From an uncultured candidate division Zixibacteria bacterium (GTDB taxonomy: Bacteria; Zixibacteria; MSB-5A5; RBG-16-43-9), in assembly GCA_963713865.1 (NCBI GenBank), contig OY970208.1, positions 455,922 to 519,921 on the forward strand: DNA of 64,000 nucleotides, written 5' to 3'. Made by a program: the position numbers and the translations under genes. The first letter of the stretch is position 1; each line of letters opens with the position of its first letter. Below are positions 17,339 to 26,806 of this stretch, piece after piece. The notes below the pieces were generated by a model, which worked only from the letters and a program-made list of their open reading frames with translations, was not told the origin of the DNA and ran no database searches.

Positions 17339-19669
17339 ATGAATCTCAATAAACCACTTCAAAACATTCGATTAGGCTGGTCGCCTTTTGTTGTAATTGC
17401 CATAACAACACTTGCCAGCATCGCCGTAAGCATCTATTGTCTTGTCTCCGGCGGGGTTATCATTTTCCAGAATCTCTTTTATATTCCTATTATCATTGCC
17501 TGTGTGTATTACACGAAGAAAGGTTTTGCTTTTTCTGTCGTCCTTTCATCTATTTATCTTTTCCTCATCATTGCTTTTACAAGAGATTCAGCAGTTATCA
17601 TACAGGCTTTGGTAAGAATCCTCATATTCGTGGTTATCGCAGGGGTTACCACGTTCTTGTCAATAAAACGCAAGCATATGGAAGAGGCGCTGCAACAGGC
17701 ACACGATGAACTGGAAAATCGTGTGGCGGAGCGGACGGAGGAGTTGCGGCAGGCCAATGAGGAGCTACGGACGGATATCACCGACCGCAAGCGAGCGGAG
17801 GAGGCGTTGAGCGCTTCGGAGGTCCGGTATCGCCGGCTTTTTGAAACAGCGAAAGACGGAATTTTGATACTCGATGCCGAGACCGGGACGATCGTAGATG
17901 TGAATCCGTTTTTGATCAAGATGTTGGGTTTCTCGCACGAACAGTTCCTGGGAAAGACGATCTGGGAAATAGGGGTTTTCAAGGATGTCGCCTCCAACAA
18001 AGCTAACTTCATGGAATTACAACGGCAGGAATACGTCCGCTATGAGGATTTGCCGCTGGAAACCGCCGAGGGGCGGCGGATCGAGGTGGAGTTCGTCAGC
18101 AACGTCTATGAAGTGAACAACCAGAATGTGATCCAGTGTAATATCCGGGACATCACCGAGCGCAGGAGGGCGGAGGAGATACTGAAAGTTTCCGAAACTC
18201 GTTACCGCCGGCTCTTTGAAACAGCTCAAGATGGGATATTGATTCTGGGTGCAAAAACCGGACAGATAACCGATGTTAACCCGTTTCTAATAGATATGCT
18301 GGGCTATTCTCATCAGGAGTTTGTCGGGAAAAAGCTCTGGGATATCGGTGTTTTCAAAGATAGGGTGATGAGTAAAAAAGCGTTTTGGGAATTGCAGACG
18401 AAAGGGTTTATCCGCTATGAAGATCTGCCGCTGGAGACTAAAGACGGACAGCACATCGAGGTGGAGTTTGTCAGCAACGTCTACCAGATTAACGGAGAGG
18501 AAGTGATCCAATGCAATGTCCGCAACATCACCAATCGCAAACGCTTTGAAGCAGTCAAGGACGATTTCGTCAGCATGGTTTCTCACGAGCTCCGGACCCC
18601 TTTAACTTCCATAAGGGAGGCGGTCTCACAAACTTTAGACGGGATATTAGGCGAAGTTTCGGAGCAACAGAGAGAGATCTTAGCTATGGCACTTTCCGAT
18701 ATTGACCGGCTCACCCGGCTGATTAATGACCTTTTAGATGTATCTAAGATCGATGCGGGCAAGATGAAGATGAAAATAGAAGTGTGCGAGATGGTGGCTT
18801 TAGTTAAAAAGCTTATTTCATCTTTTATCCCGCAGGTAAAAGCCAAAGGGTTGGAGATGGAAGGGAGTTTCTCCAAAGAGAAAATAAAAGCCTATGTGGA
18901 TAGAGATCGAATCACCCAGGTGTTTTCCAACTTAATTGGTAATGCAGTTAAATTTACACAGAAGGGTCGAATACAGGTTTCGCTATTGGACAGAGAAGAT
19001 GCCATAGAGTGCTCTGTTTCTGATACGGGACCGGGAATCGCCAAGAAGGACTTTGCCCAGTTATTTGACAAGTTTCAACAATTCGGCCACCAGGTAAATG
19101 GAGAAGAAAAAGGCACAGGCTTGGGCCTGGCTGTTTCTAAGGGTATTGTGGAATTGCACAAAGGGAGAATCTGGGTAGAAAGTCAGGTTAATGCAGGAAC
19201 TAAATTTACCTTTGCGCTGCCTAAATTTACCGGGAAAGAATTAATAAGCGATGGATTGAAAAAGGCAATTAAGGAGGGTCAGCCTTTATCTGTTTTGATT
19301 TTCAATATCAAGAACCCTGACGCAATCCAGAAAAAGATGGGCCAAGAGAAAGTTGGGCTGCTTATCAATAATTTTTGGGAATTGATAAAAGAGAACCTCC
19401 GCCGGGATGAAGACGATCTGGGCATTCAAGATCTACACACCATTTTAACCATACTGCCCGGAACGGAAAAAGAAAGTGCCGCATCGGCATTGGAAAGGAT
19501 GAACGATTTGCTGCGGGATTATTTGCTTCGAGAAGGGATAAAGGAAGAAATAGAACTGGTTTGTGAAAACAGAGCCTATCCGGATGATGGGAAAACAGAG
19601 GAGGAATTGCTTTCCAGGCTTGAGAATATACTGGCAACCAAAGGAGAGGTAGAGGTGTCAAGTAAATAA
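17339..19669 (+). CDS. Membrane sensor histidine kinase: TM region, coiled coil, two PAS domains, HisKA, HATPase_c and a degenerate GGDEF-like C-terminal domain
   Basis: 776 aa. Two PAS copies of the same subtype as in 13884-15236. H-box VSMVSHELRTPL. ATPase boxes GNAVKFT, DTGPGIA, GTGLGLAVS. The C-terminal region has a GGDEF-like layout but DLHTI in place of GGDEF. Confidence 0.85.
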   Translation: MNLNKPLQNIRLGWSPFVVIAITTLASIAVSIYCLVSGGVIIFQNLFYIPIIIACVYYTKKGFAFSVVLSSIYLFLIIAFTRDSAVIIQALVRILIFVVIAGVTTFLSIKRKHMEEALQQAHDELENRVAERTEELRQANEELRTDITDRKRAEEALSASEVRYRRLFETAKDGILILDAETGTIVDVNPFLIKMLGFSHEQFLGKTIWEIGVFKDVASNKANFMELQRQEYVRYEDLPLETAEGRRIEVEFVSNVYEVNNQNVIQCNIRDITERRRAEEILKVSETRYRRLFETAQDGILILGAKTGQITDVNPFLIDMLGYSHQEFVGKKLWDIGVFKDRVMSKKAFWELQTKGFIRYEDLPLETKDGQHIEVEFVSNVYQINGEEVIQCNVRNITNRKRFEAVKDDFVSMVSHELRTPLTSIREAVSQTLDGILGEVSEQQREILAMALSDIDRLTRLINDLLDVSKIDAGKMKMKIEVCEMVALVKKLISSFIPQVKAKGLEMEGSFSKEKIKAYVDRDRITQVFSNLIGNAVKFTQKGRIQVSLLDREDAIECSVSDTGPGIAKKDFAQLFDKFQQFGHQVNGEEKGTGLGLAVSKGIVELHKGRIWVESQVNAGTKFTFALPKFTGKELISDGLKKAIKEGQPLSVLIFNIKNPDAIQKKMGQEKVGLLINNFWELIKENLRRDEDDLGIQDLHTILTILPGTEKESAASALERMNDLLRDYLLREGIKEEIELVCENRAYPDDGKTEEELLSRLENILATKGEVEVSSK

Positions 19670-19684
19670 AAAGGAGCAGTAGTT

Positions 19685-20446
19685 ATGGCAAGGAAAATAT
19701 TAATCGCGGATGATGATCAGCACATCGTGTCGTTGCTCTCCTCCAGGCTAAAGGCACATCACTATGAGGTGATAGCGGCTTATGACGCCATGCAGACCCT
19801 GCATCAGGCTCATAAAGAGAAACCGGATCTTATTATTTTAGATATCAGGATGCCCGCTGGCAGCGGCATAAGCGTCTTAGACAATTTAAAAATGTCCGTT
19901 GATACTTCCAACACCTCGATAATAGTCATGACTGCTTATCCCAGCGAGGAGATGAAGCAGAGGGCTTTAGAGAAGGGTGCGGTAGATTTTATCGCCAAGC
20001 CGTTTAAACCCGAGGAAGTTTTGCAAAAAGTCAGGAAAGCCCTGGGCGAAGTAAGTCTGGAAGAAGAGAGGCACCCCGGAGCCAAGAAGATCCTGGTAGT
20101 GGATGACAATCCTAACATCGTAAAATTGTTAGAGTACAGATTAAAGGCTAATAAATATGAGGTGATTACTGCGCATGATGGTGAGGAAGCTCTGGAGAGG
20201 GTTCGTCAGGAGAAGCCCGGGTTAATACTCCTGGATGTGGTAATTCCCAAGCTCGATGGCTATCAGGTCTTAAGCATCCTTAAAGCGGATGAGCAGTACA
20301 AAGATATTCCCATAGTAATGTTAACTGCCAAGGGGCAAATAAAGGACATGAAAAAAGGATTGGAATTGGGAGCGGATTCCTACATAACCAAGCCATTTGA
20401 CCCGGATGTGCTGTTGGAAATTATAAAAGGGACAACCGGTGGATAA
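19685..20446 (+). CDS. Tandem receiver (REC-REC) response regulator without an output domain
   Basis: Two receiver domains: ILIADDDQH...LIILDIRMP...FIAKPF and ILVVDDNPN...LILLDVVIPKLDG...YITKPF. Confidence 0.85.
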   Translation: MARKILIADDDQHIVSLLSSRLKAHHYEVIAAYDAMQTLHQAHKEKPDLIILDIRMPAGSGISVLDNLKMSVDTSNTSIIVMTAYPSEEMKQRALEKGAVDFIAKPFKPEEVLQKVRKALGEVSLEEERHPGAKKILVVDDNPNIVKLLEYRLKANKYEVITAHDGEEALERVRQEKPGLILLDVVIPKLDGYQVLSILKADEQYKDIPIVMLTAKGQIKDMKKGLELGADSYITKPFDPDVLLEIIKGTTGG

Positions 20447-20807
20447 GAGACATTAGACACCATATATAACCTTTTCTTTTCTACTATGCTTCGGCAATAG
20501 GAATCATCCAAACAGAAAACCATAATCGTTTTATACTTTAATCCCTTTCCCCCTTGACCATCTTTATGCAGAAAGGGGATTTTTTTATCCCCTTTAACGG
20601 AAGGGGTTAGAGAAAGGTAACAAGAACAATCCTTCTTTCTATTCTTGACGTATTTATCAGATGAAGATTCAATTATGATTCTTATAGGAACTGAGGTGGA
20701 TTCAGCTTTCACAGGTAGTCTTGACTTTCAGGGAGATGTTTTATTATAAATACGGATAAGGCGTAGGATGGAAAAAGAGCGAACCTTCAACCATTTTACA
20801 AAAATTA

Positions 20808-20836
20808 TTGACAATTCAAACGAAGTGTAGTAAATT
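20808..20836 (+). promoter_or_regulatory. Sigma70-like promoter upstream of the PorV-like gene
   Basis: TTGACA (20808-20813)-17 nt-TAAATT (20831-20836). Confidence 0.4.
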
Positions 20837-20868
20837 CTGTTAAAGATAGATTTTAAAGTGAGGATAAA

Positions 20869-21816
20869 ATGAGAGAGAAAAGAATTTTAGTTGGAGCAGT
20901 TATATTTTTACTGTTATTTACCTCAATTAGTTTGGGAACAAACTCGAAAGTGGGAACCACTGCCTATCCCTTCTTAAAAGTTGGTGTGGGAGCCCGGGCT
21001 TCTGCTCTGGGTGGCGCTTTTGTGGGTTTATCAGATGATGAATCAGCTTTATATTTTAACCCGGCTGGCCTTTTGCAATTGAAAGGCAATCATTTCATCA
21101 CCTATTACAACAACTTTATTACCGACATTCAATCTGGCTTTGTGGGTTATATCCATCCCTATTCAGAAAAAGTCAACTTAGGTTTATCCATAAACTATTT
21201 CAACTACGGTTCAATGGAGGAGACAGACAGTTCTGGCAGAAGTTTGGGGACTTTTGGAGCAGGTGATTTGTGTTTTGCCTTCTCTTATGCCAGAGATATT
21301 AAGCCCAGACTGGATTTGGGTGCAAATGTAAAGTTCATCCTGGAAAACGAGAGTGCCCAGGGTCATTCCTCAGATGCTTTAGCCTTAGATTTAGGTGGAT
21401 TTTATCAGCTCAAAGATGAGCGCACCAGATTCGGGGCAGTAGTTCAAAACTTAGGATTTCAGCTTAAAGGATTTACCTCAAGCCATAAAGACCCTTTGCC
21501 CACTGTGGTAAAAGCAGGGATCTCACACAACTTAAAAGAGGTTCCTCTCTTAGTGGCAGGTGATGTGTCTTTACCCTTTGATAATGACATCTACTTCAGT
21601 TTAGGAGGGGAGATAACCTATTTTAAACCTCTTTTCTTGAGACTGGGCTGGACCTCTTTTGGTGAAAATTTCAAAACCGACTCAGATAAAGATAAGTGGG
21701 CTGGGGTTTCTTTGGGTTTTGGGATGCACTGGAGAAAATATAAATTCGATTATGCTTATTCCTCCTATGCAGATTTAGGAGGGATACACCGGATAACCAT
21801 AGCCGGCGGGATATAA
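20869..21816 (+). CDS. PorV/PorQ-family-like outer-membrane beta-barrel protein
   Basis: Signal peptide followed by GTTAYPFLKVGVGARASALGGAFVGLSDDESALYFNPAGL. This resembles the conserved N-terminal motif of PorV/PorQ-type barrels. Confidence 0.55.
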   Translation: MREKRILVGAVIFLLLFTSISLGTNSKVGTTAYPFLKVGVGARASALGGAFVGLSDDESALYFNPAGLLQLKGNHFITYYNNFITDIQSGFVGYIHPYSEKVNLGLSINYFNYGSMEETDSSGRSLGTFGAGDLCFAFSYARDIKPRLDLGANVKFILENESAQGHSSDALALDLGGFYQLKDERTRFGAVVQNLGFQLKGFTSSHKDPLPTVVKAGISHNLKEVPLLVAGDVSLPFDNDIYFSLGGEITYFKPLFLRLGWTSFGENFKTDSDKDKWAGVSLGFGMHWRKYKFDYAYSSYADLGGIHRITIAGGI

Positions 21817-21841
21817 ACTTTTATATTCAGGAGGGGAAAAG

Positions 21842-22099
21842 ATGCCAGAAGAAGAAATTGGGAAAATAGCGGATTATTTTGCTAAAATCAATGTAGCTGC
21901 CATTGACATTACCAAAGGCACTTTAAAAGTTGGAGACACAATCCATATCAAAGGACATACCACAGATTTTGAACAAGCGGTTGATTCGATCCAGATAGAA
22001 CATCAGAGTGTCCCGGAGGCAAAGCCTGGCGATTCTATCGGCATAAAGGTGAAAGATAAGGTCAGGGACCACGATATTGTCTATAAGGTACTTCCTTAA
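21842..22099 (+). CDS. Small translation-elongation-factor-like (EF-Tu domain 2-like) protein
   Basis: 85 aa. GTLKVGDTIHIKGHTTDFEQAVDSIQIEHQSVPEAKPGDSIGIKV matches the short EF-like beta-barrel protein family from memory. Confidence 0.6.
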   Translation: MPEEEIGKIADYFAKINVAAIDITKGTLKVGDTIHIKGHTTDFEQAVDSIQIEHQSVPEAKPGDSIGIKVKDKVRDHDIVYKVLP

Positions 22100-22109
22100 C
22101 TTAAAGAGT

Positions 22110-22198
22110 GTCATTCTGAGGGAGTCCGCCTTTGGCGAGACGACTGAAGAATCTCTTGATTTATATGGAGATTCTTCGCCCTTCGGGGTCAGAATGAC
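22110..22198. repeat. Compound palindromic element GTCATTCTGAGGG...CAGAATGAC (89 bp), copy 1
   Basis: Outer inverted repeat GTCATTCTGA/TCAGAATGAC encloses inner hairpins (GAAGAATCTC...GAGATTCTTC). Related copies at 34729-34816 and 43067-43170. Confidence 0.8.
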
Positions 22199-22276
22199 AA
22201 ATAATTAATTCCAGTTTTACAGTGTTACTGAAAGGTCTGACCTGAGAGAGACATTATTGATTAAGAGGAGGATAAC

Positions 22277-22756
22277 TTGATAAAAATCCCAGGAGGTGTT
22301 GATTTCAAGGGTATTCCGGTAGAGGAAAAATATAAAAGCGCCACTGCCGGGCTTTTGCAAAGAGTACATACAATCTATAAAGGGCTTTATCAGAGATTTG
22401 GCCAGCAGGGATTAGACCTGATCCGGGAGGTAAGCGAAACCTACGGAAAAGAAATTGCTGAAAGGGGCAAGAAGAGGGTTAAACCGGGAGATGTGAAATC
22501 CGCAGGGCTTTTTCTCATGCGGGTTTTTGATATGATTAACTGCGAGGGGGAGGTAACAGAATTTTCAGACGACAAAGTAGTCATCCGCCTTTTCAAATGT
22601 CCTTACCCTTTTGACGACCCCAAAATCTGCGAAGCGCATACCGCCATGGAAAAAGCACTGATAGAATCTTTAAGCGACGAATTTTTCTATAAGATTACCG
22701 AATCTATCCCCTCGGGTGGAAGGTTCTGCGAGCATGTGATCAGTTTAAAAAAGTAG
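22277..22756 (+). CDS. Hypothetical Cys-containing protein (function unknown)
   Basis: 159-aa ORF. TTG start with AGGAGG 6 nt upstream. Contains CPYPFDDPKICEAH...FCEH. No confident family assignment. Confidence 0.55.
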   Translation: MIKIPGGVDFKGIPVEEKYKSATAGLLQRVHTIYKGLYQRFGQQGLDLIREVSETYGKEIAERGKKRVKPGDVKSAGLFLMRVFDMINCEGEVTEFSDDKVVIRLFKCPYPFDDPKICEAHTAMEKALIESLSDEFFYKITESIPSGGRFCEHVISLKK

Positions 22757-23017
22757 GGACAGAATCCACCTCAGGCGGATTCTGTCCTGTGTTATTTTTT
22801 AGTGCTTTAAAGCTGGGACAGGGATTGCACCCCTGTCCCATTTACGAGCAGGGTGAGATTTGGTAGGTCAAGTATGTCCAAGGGACTGCTTGACAAAATT
22901 GATTGCTTTGAGATTCTTCGGTAATAGCACCCTCAAACCAGTTTGAGGGTGCCACCCACAGTGGAACAGACATCTTGTCTGTTCTTCAGGTTATTCGTTG
23001 CTACAGGAGTAGCAACG
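22756..23017. repeat. BIME-like cluster of five different REP-like hairpins
   Basis: GGGACAGAATCC...GGATTCTGTCC (22756-22787), GGGACAGGG...CCCTGTCCC (22815-22839), GCACCCTCAAAC...GTTTGAGGGTGC (22927-22952), GGAACAGACATCTTGTCTGTTC (22963-22984) and CGTTGCTAC...GTAGCAACG (22996-23017). Confidence 0.8.
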
Positions 23018-23032
23018 CTACGTATTTAAAAT

Positions 23033-23776
23033 ATGCTCGACACCATTACCTTTGACCTCTGGAATACTCTGATATATTTCTCGCCTGAGGACAATCTCAA
23101 ATTCAAAAATAAGAGAATTGAAGGATTTATCGAAGTTCTAAAAAATATCGGGGTTAATTTGTCCAGAGAAGAGATGGAGAAAGCCTATGATGAGAGTTCC
23201 GAGAGATATAAGCCTATCCGGGAAAGAGAAGAGGATATCTCTACCCGGGAGCAGGTTCAGATAATCTTAGACTGTTTAGAGACTCATGGTTTTAAAGAAT
23301 TTGATGAAGAGGTTTTGAATAGATTAGAGGAGGTGCTAGCAAATCAGATACTTACAGAGCTTCCAATCCTTGAAGAAGGTAGCGAAGAGATACTGAGTTA
23401 TCTTAAGAATAAAAATTATAAAATTGGTCTTATCTGTAACACCGGCAGGACACCGGGAAAAGTTTTAAGGGAAGTGCTTAAAAGAAAAAATATATTTCAA
23501 TTTTTCAAAGTTTTGACTTTCTCAGACGAATTGAGGATTCGCAAACCAAATTCCAAAATTTTTATTTCTACCCTTAAAACACTTGATAGTTCCCCAGATT
23601 CTTCTTTACACATAGGGGATTTGCTGGAATCCGATATCTTAGGAGCTAAAAGATGCGGGATGAAAGCGGGCTGGATTTGCCCGGAGTGGGATAGATGCCA
23701 GATAGATTTTCTGCCTGAACAAAGACCAGATTTCATTTTGCCCAATCTGACTTCTATTAAAAAAAATTTAACGTAG
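23033..23776 (+). CDS. HAD-superfamily hydrolase
   Basis: Motif I ITFDLWNTL, a motif II region (ICNTGR) and motif IV HIGDLLESDILGA. Confidence 0.7.
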   Translation: MLDTITFDLWNTLIYFSPEDNLKFKNKRIEGFIEVLKNIGVNLSREEMEKAYDESSERYKPIREREEDISTREQVQIILDCLETHGFKEFDEEVLNRLEEVLANQILTELPILEEGSEEILSYLKNKNYKIGLICNTGRTPGKVLREVLKRKNIFQFFKVLTFSDELRIRKPNSKIFISTLKTLDSSPDSSLHIGDLLESDILGAKRCGMKAGWICPEWDRCQIDFLPEQRPDFILPNLTSIKKNLT

Positions 23777-23966
23777 ATAGAGTCTAATTCCTCAAGAAGC
23801 ATAACCTAATAGATTAATTCTGCCGATATATTTTATGCGAATATAACTTTAAGGGGGATAGAGGTCTATAGAAAGCCGGGAGCGAGCAATAAGACAGTTT
23901 CTTATGTTTTTTTTAGGCCACCCGCCTTTATAAAACTATTTTCATAGGAGGTCTTGGATTATTTTC

Positions 23967-23994
23967 TTGACAGCATTAAGAAAAACTTTATATT
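23967..23994 (+). promoter_or_regulatory. Sigma70-like promoter upstream of pfk
   Basis: TTGACA (23967-23972)-16 nt-TATATT (23989-23994). Confidence 0.4.
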
Positions 23995-24022
23995 GAAAAA
24001 CTCTGAAATGAGGTGAGTTAGA

Positions 24023-25075
24023 ATGAAGATCGGTATTTTAACTGGCGGAGGGGATTGTCCGGGGCTCAATGCAGTTATCCGGGCAGTGGTGAGAAAATCA
24101 GTCCTTTTTTACAATTCAAGAGTGATTGGGATACTGGAGGGCTGGAGAGGTCTTTTAGAGGAGGGATTGACTGAAGACTTAGACTTAAACCAGGTTTCAG
24201 GAATTCTGCATCGTGGAGGGACCATTATCAAAACCTCCCGTACCAATCCTTATAAAGTTGAAGATGGGGAGAAAAGGGTTATAGAGAATAAAAGGAAAAT
24301 GGGGCTGGATGCAATTGTAGCAGTAGGGGGAGAGGATACCTTAGGAGTTGCCGCCAAGCTTTACCAGGCAGGAGTAAAGATTGTCGGGGTTCCCAAGACC
24401 ATAGATAATGACCTGGCAATGACAGATTATACTTTCGGATTTGATACTGCAGTGAATATCGCCATGGAGGCTATTGACCGGGTGCATACTACTGCAGAAT
24501 CGCATAACCGGGTGATGGTGGTTGAGGTTATGGGCAGGCATACTGGATGGATAGCCATTGAATCCGGTATTGCCGGAGGCGCAGATATTATTCTGATTCC
24601 GGAAAAACCGGTGAATTTGGATAAAGTCTGTGAAAGCATCCGGAAGAGACATGCACGGGGTAAAGATTTTAGCATCGTGGTTGTGGCTGAGGGAGCCAGG
24701 GTAGCCTTAGGAGAAGAGGATCAAAAGAAAGAGACTTTCATTGTGCAGGACGAGTGTAAGGATGCCTTTGGTCATGTGAGACTGGGTGGAATCGGGAAGA
24801 TCTTAGCCACCGAGATAGAGAAGAGGACCGGTTTTGAGTCCAGATTTGTAATCCTGGGTCATATCCAGAGAGGTGGTACACCCACAGCTTTTGATAGGGT
24901 TTTAGGTACCCGTTTTGGAATAGCGGCTGTGGATTTGGTCCATCAGGGAAGATTCGGAAAAATGGTCAGTTTGCAGGGTAATAAAATTATCCCTGTAGAT
25001 CTTAAAGAAGCAGTTGCAGGTACCAAATATGTGGATGAGGAGCTTTATAAAATCGCAGATATTTTCTCAGCTTAA
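24023..25075 (+). CDS. pfkA: 6-phosphofructokinase (PfkA family; ATP versus PPi specificity not resolved)
   Basis: GILTGGGDCPGLNAVIR, GGEDTLG, PKTIDNDL and MGRHTGW. Confidence 0.85.
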   Translation: MKIGILTGGGDCPGLNAVIRAVVRKSVLFYNSRVIGILEGWRGLLEEGLTEDLDLNQVSGILHRGGTIIKTSRTNPYKVEDGEKRVIENKRKMGLDAIVAVGGEDTLGVAAKLYQAGVKIVGVPKTIDNDLAMTDYTFGFDTAVNIAMEAIDRVHTTAESHNRVMVVEVMGRHTGWIAIESGIAGGADIILIPEKPVNLDKVCESIRKRHARGKDFSIVVVAEGARVALGEEDQKKETFIVQDECKDAFGHVRLGGIGKILATEIEKRTGFESRFVILGHIQRGGTPTAFDRVLGTRFGIAAVDLVHQGRFGKMVSLQGNKIIPVDLKEAVAGTKYVDEELYKIADIFSA

Positions 25076-25114
25076 ACCAATAATCCACTTTTTAGACGTA
25101 TAAAGTTTATAAAG

Positions 25115-25786
25115 ATGAAAAATTTATTATCCAGGATAGTTTTTTTATCACTTATGATTTTTTTCACAGGTTTGTTCTGGGCTGAGTTCAGCTGGGGAGT
25201 TGATCTTAGCACTAAAGATTTGATTGGTTTTAGAGGAGGAGTCTGGAAAGTTGAAAAAGCTGAGGAATTGCCATCATTCATTGAGGCAAAAACTTACACC
25301 CCTTATATTGAATTTTTTATTTCCTATGGGATAAGAAAGGGGTTTTCCTTAGAGCTCAATTTCGGAGCAGGTTACCGGGGGGATACTAAATTTATAATTC
25401 CGGAGGGGTATTACTGGGAAAACTGGAATTTATACCCGATCTCCGGAAAGATCAAATACTCCTTCTTATCAACCTACTCCCCTAAGATTTATCAACCCTA
25501 TTTTGATTTAGGCTTGACTTTTCTAACCAGCACCAGCACTTATAATGACCCCTATTATCTGGATGTCACCTATGTAAATACAAAAACTACCTTGGGAGCT
25601 TTAGCCGGATGGGGCCTGGATCTTAGCCTTTCTTCAAGGATATTACTTAACCTCGATTTTCAATATCGCTGGGTGAGTTTCAAGCATGAGGTTGCCGGGA
25701 TTAAAAATTATAGTGGTCCGCAGTTGACTTTTGGCTTGGAATATATTATTAAACATAAAAAAGCAAAAGGTATCAATAAGCCTTAA
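25115..25786 (+). CDS. Putative outer-membrane beta-barrel protein
   Basis: Signal peptide, then alternating aromatic/hydrophilic beta-strand-like pattern (LNLDFQYRWVSF, LTFGLEYII). No specific family recognised. Confidence 0.4.
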   Translation: MKNLLSRIVFLSLMIFFTGLFWAEFSWGVDLSTKDLIGFRGGVWKVEKAEELPSFIEAKTYTPYIEFFISYGIRKGFSLELNFGAGYRGDTKFIIPEGYYWENWNLYPISGKIKYSFLSTYSPKIYQPYFDLGLTFLTSTSTYNDPYYLDVTYVNTKTTLGALAGWGLDLSLSSRILLNLDFQYRWVSFKHEVAGIKNYSGPQLTFGLEYIIKHKKAKGINKP

Positions 25787-25798
25787 GGAGGAAAAGAC

Positions 25799-26806
25799 AT
25801 GGCTATAAAAATTGGAATCAACGGATTTGGCAGGATCGGGAGGCTGGTTTACCGGGCAGGTTACCAAAATCAAAATTTAGAGTTTGTGGCTACCAATGAC
25901 GTGACCGATGCAAAGACCTTAGCTCATCTTTTAAAATATGATTCGGTACACGGGAAGATGGAAGCTGAAATAAAAGCAGAGGGGAACAAGATAATAGTGA
26001 ATGGTAAAAGCTTGGAAGTTTACAGCGAGAAAGACCCGTCCGCCCTTCCCTGGAGCAAGCTGGGAGTGTCGATCGTGGTGGAATCAACCGGTAAATACAC
26101 AGACGGAAAGTCTGCGATGAAACATATCGAAGCTGGTGCTAAAAAGGTTCTAATCTCAGCCCCGGCTAAAAAATCAGATGTCCCGGTTCAAACCATTATT
26201 TTAGGTGTAAATGATGACAAATACGACCCAAAGAAATTCCAGATCTTTACCATAGGCTCCTGCACCACCAACTGCCTGGCACCAGTTGCCAAGGTTATCA
26301 ATGACAACTTTGGCATAAAGTATGGCTTTATGACCACCATCCACGCTTATACCAATGACCAGCGGATATTGGATACCCCTCATAAGGATTTAAGAAGGGC
26401 CAGGGCTGCAGCTGTATCTATGATCCCTACTACCACAGGAGCGGCTAAGGCACTCTCTTTGGTCCTGCCTGAATTAGAAGGAAAATTAGATGGGGTTGCA
26501 GTCAGGGTTCCAGTGTGCAACGGCTCTTTAGTAGATTTAGTCTGCGAGACCGAAAAAGAGGTAAGTGTGGAAAGTGTTAATGTTGCATTTAAAAAGGCAA
26601 CGGAAGGCAAGATGAAAAAATATATCGAATATTGTGAGGACCCGATTGTCTCCTGCGACGTGATAGGAAACCCTCATTCCTCCATCTTCGATGTAGCTTC
26701 CACTATGGTCAAGGGAAAAAATCTTTTGAAGGTTTTTGCCTGGTATGATAACGAATGGGGATTCTCTTTGAGGATGATAGAGATGTTAGAGTTGATGGGG
26801 AAATAA
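25799..26806 (+). CDS. gap: Type I glyceraldehyde-3-phosphate dehydrogenase
   Basis: INGFGRIGR and the active-site motif SCTTNCLAP. Confidence 0.92.
   Translation: MAIKIGINGFGRIGRLVYRAGYQNQNLEFVATNDVTDAKTLAHLLKYDSVHGKMEAEIKAEGNKIIVNGKSLEVYSEKDPSALPWSKLGVSIVVESTGKYTDGKSAMKHIEAGAKKVLISAPAKKSDVPVQTIILGVNDDKYDPKKFQIFTIGSCTTNCLAPVAKVINDNFGIKYGFMTTIHAYTNDQRILDTPHKDLRRARAAAVSMIPTTTGAAKALSLVLPELEGKLDGVAVRVPVCNGSLVDLVCETEKEVSVESVNVAFKKATEGKMKKYIEYCEDPIVSCDVIGNPHSSIFDVASTMVKGKNLLKVFAWYDNEWGFSLRMIEMLELMGK

Noticed and set aside
20572-20600. The perfect palindrome AAAGGGGAT-TTTTT-ATCCCCTTT after the REC-REC gene, read as a rho-independent terminator.
   Set aside because: The U-run is in the loop rather than after the stem. 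It may still act as a bidirectional structure or protein-binding site, but I cannot support a terminator call.
20380-20712. A 110-aa minus-strand ORF in the gap before the PorV-like gene.
   Set aside because: It overlaps the end of the REC-REC gene and runs across promoter-like AT-rich sequence. No RBS or recognisable motifs.
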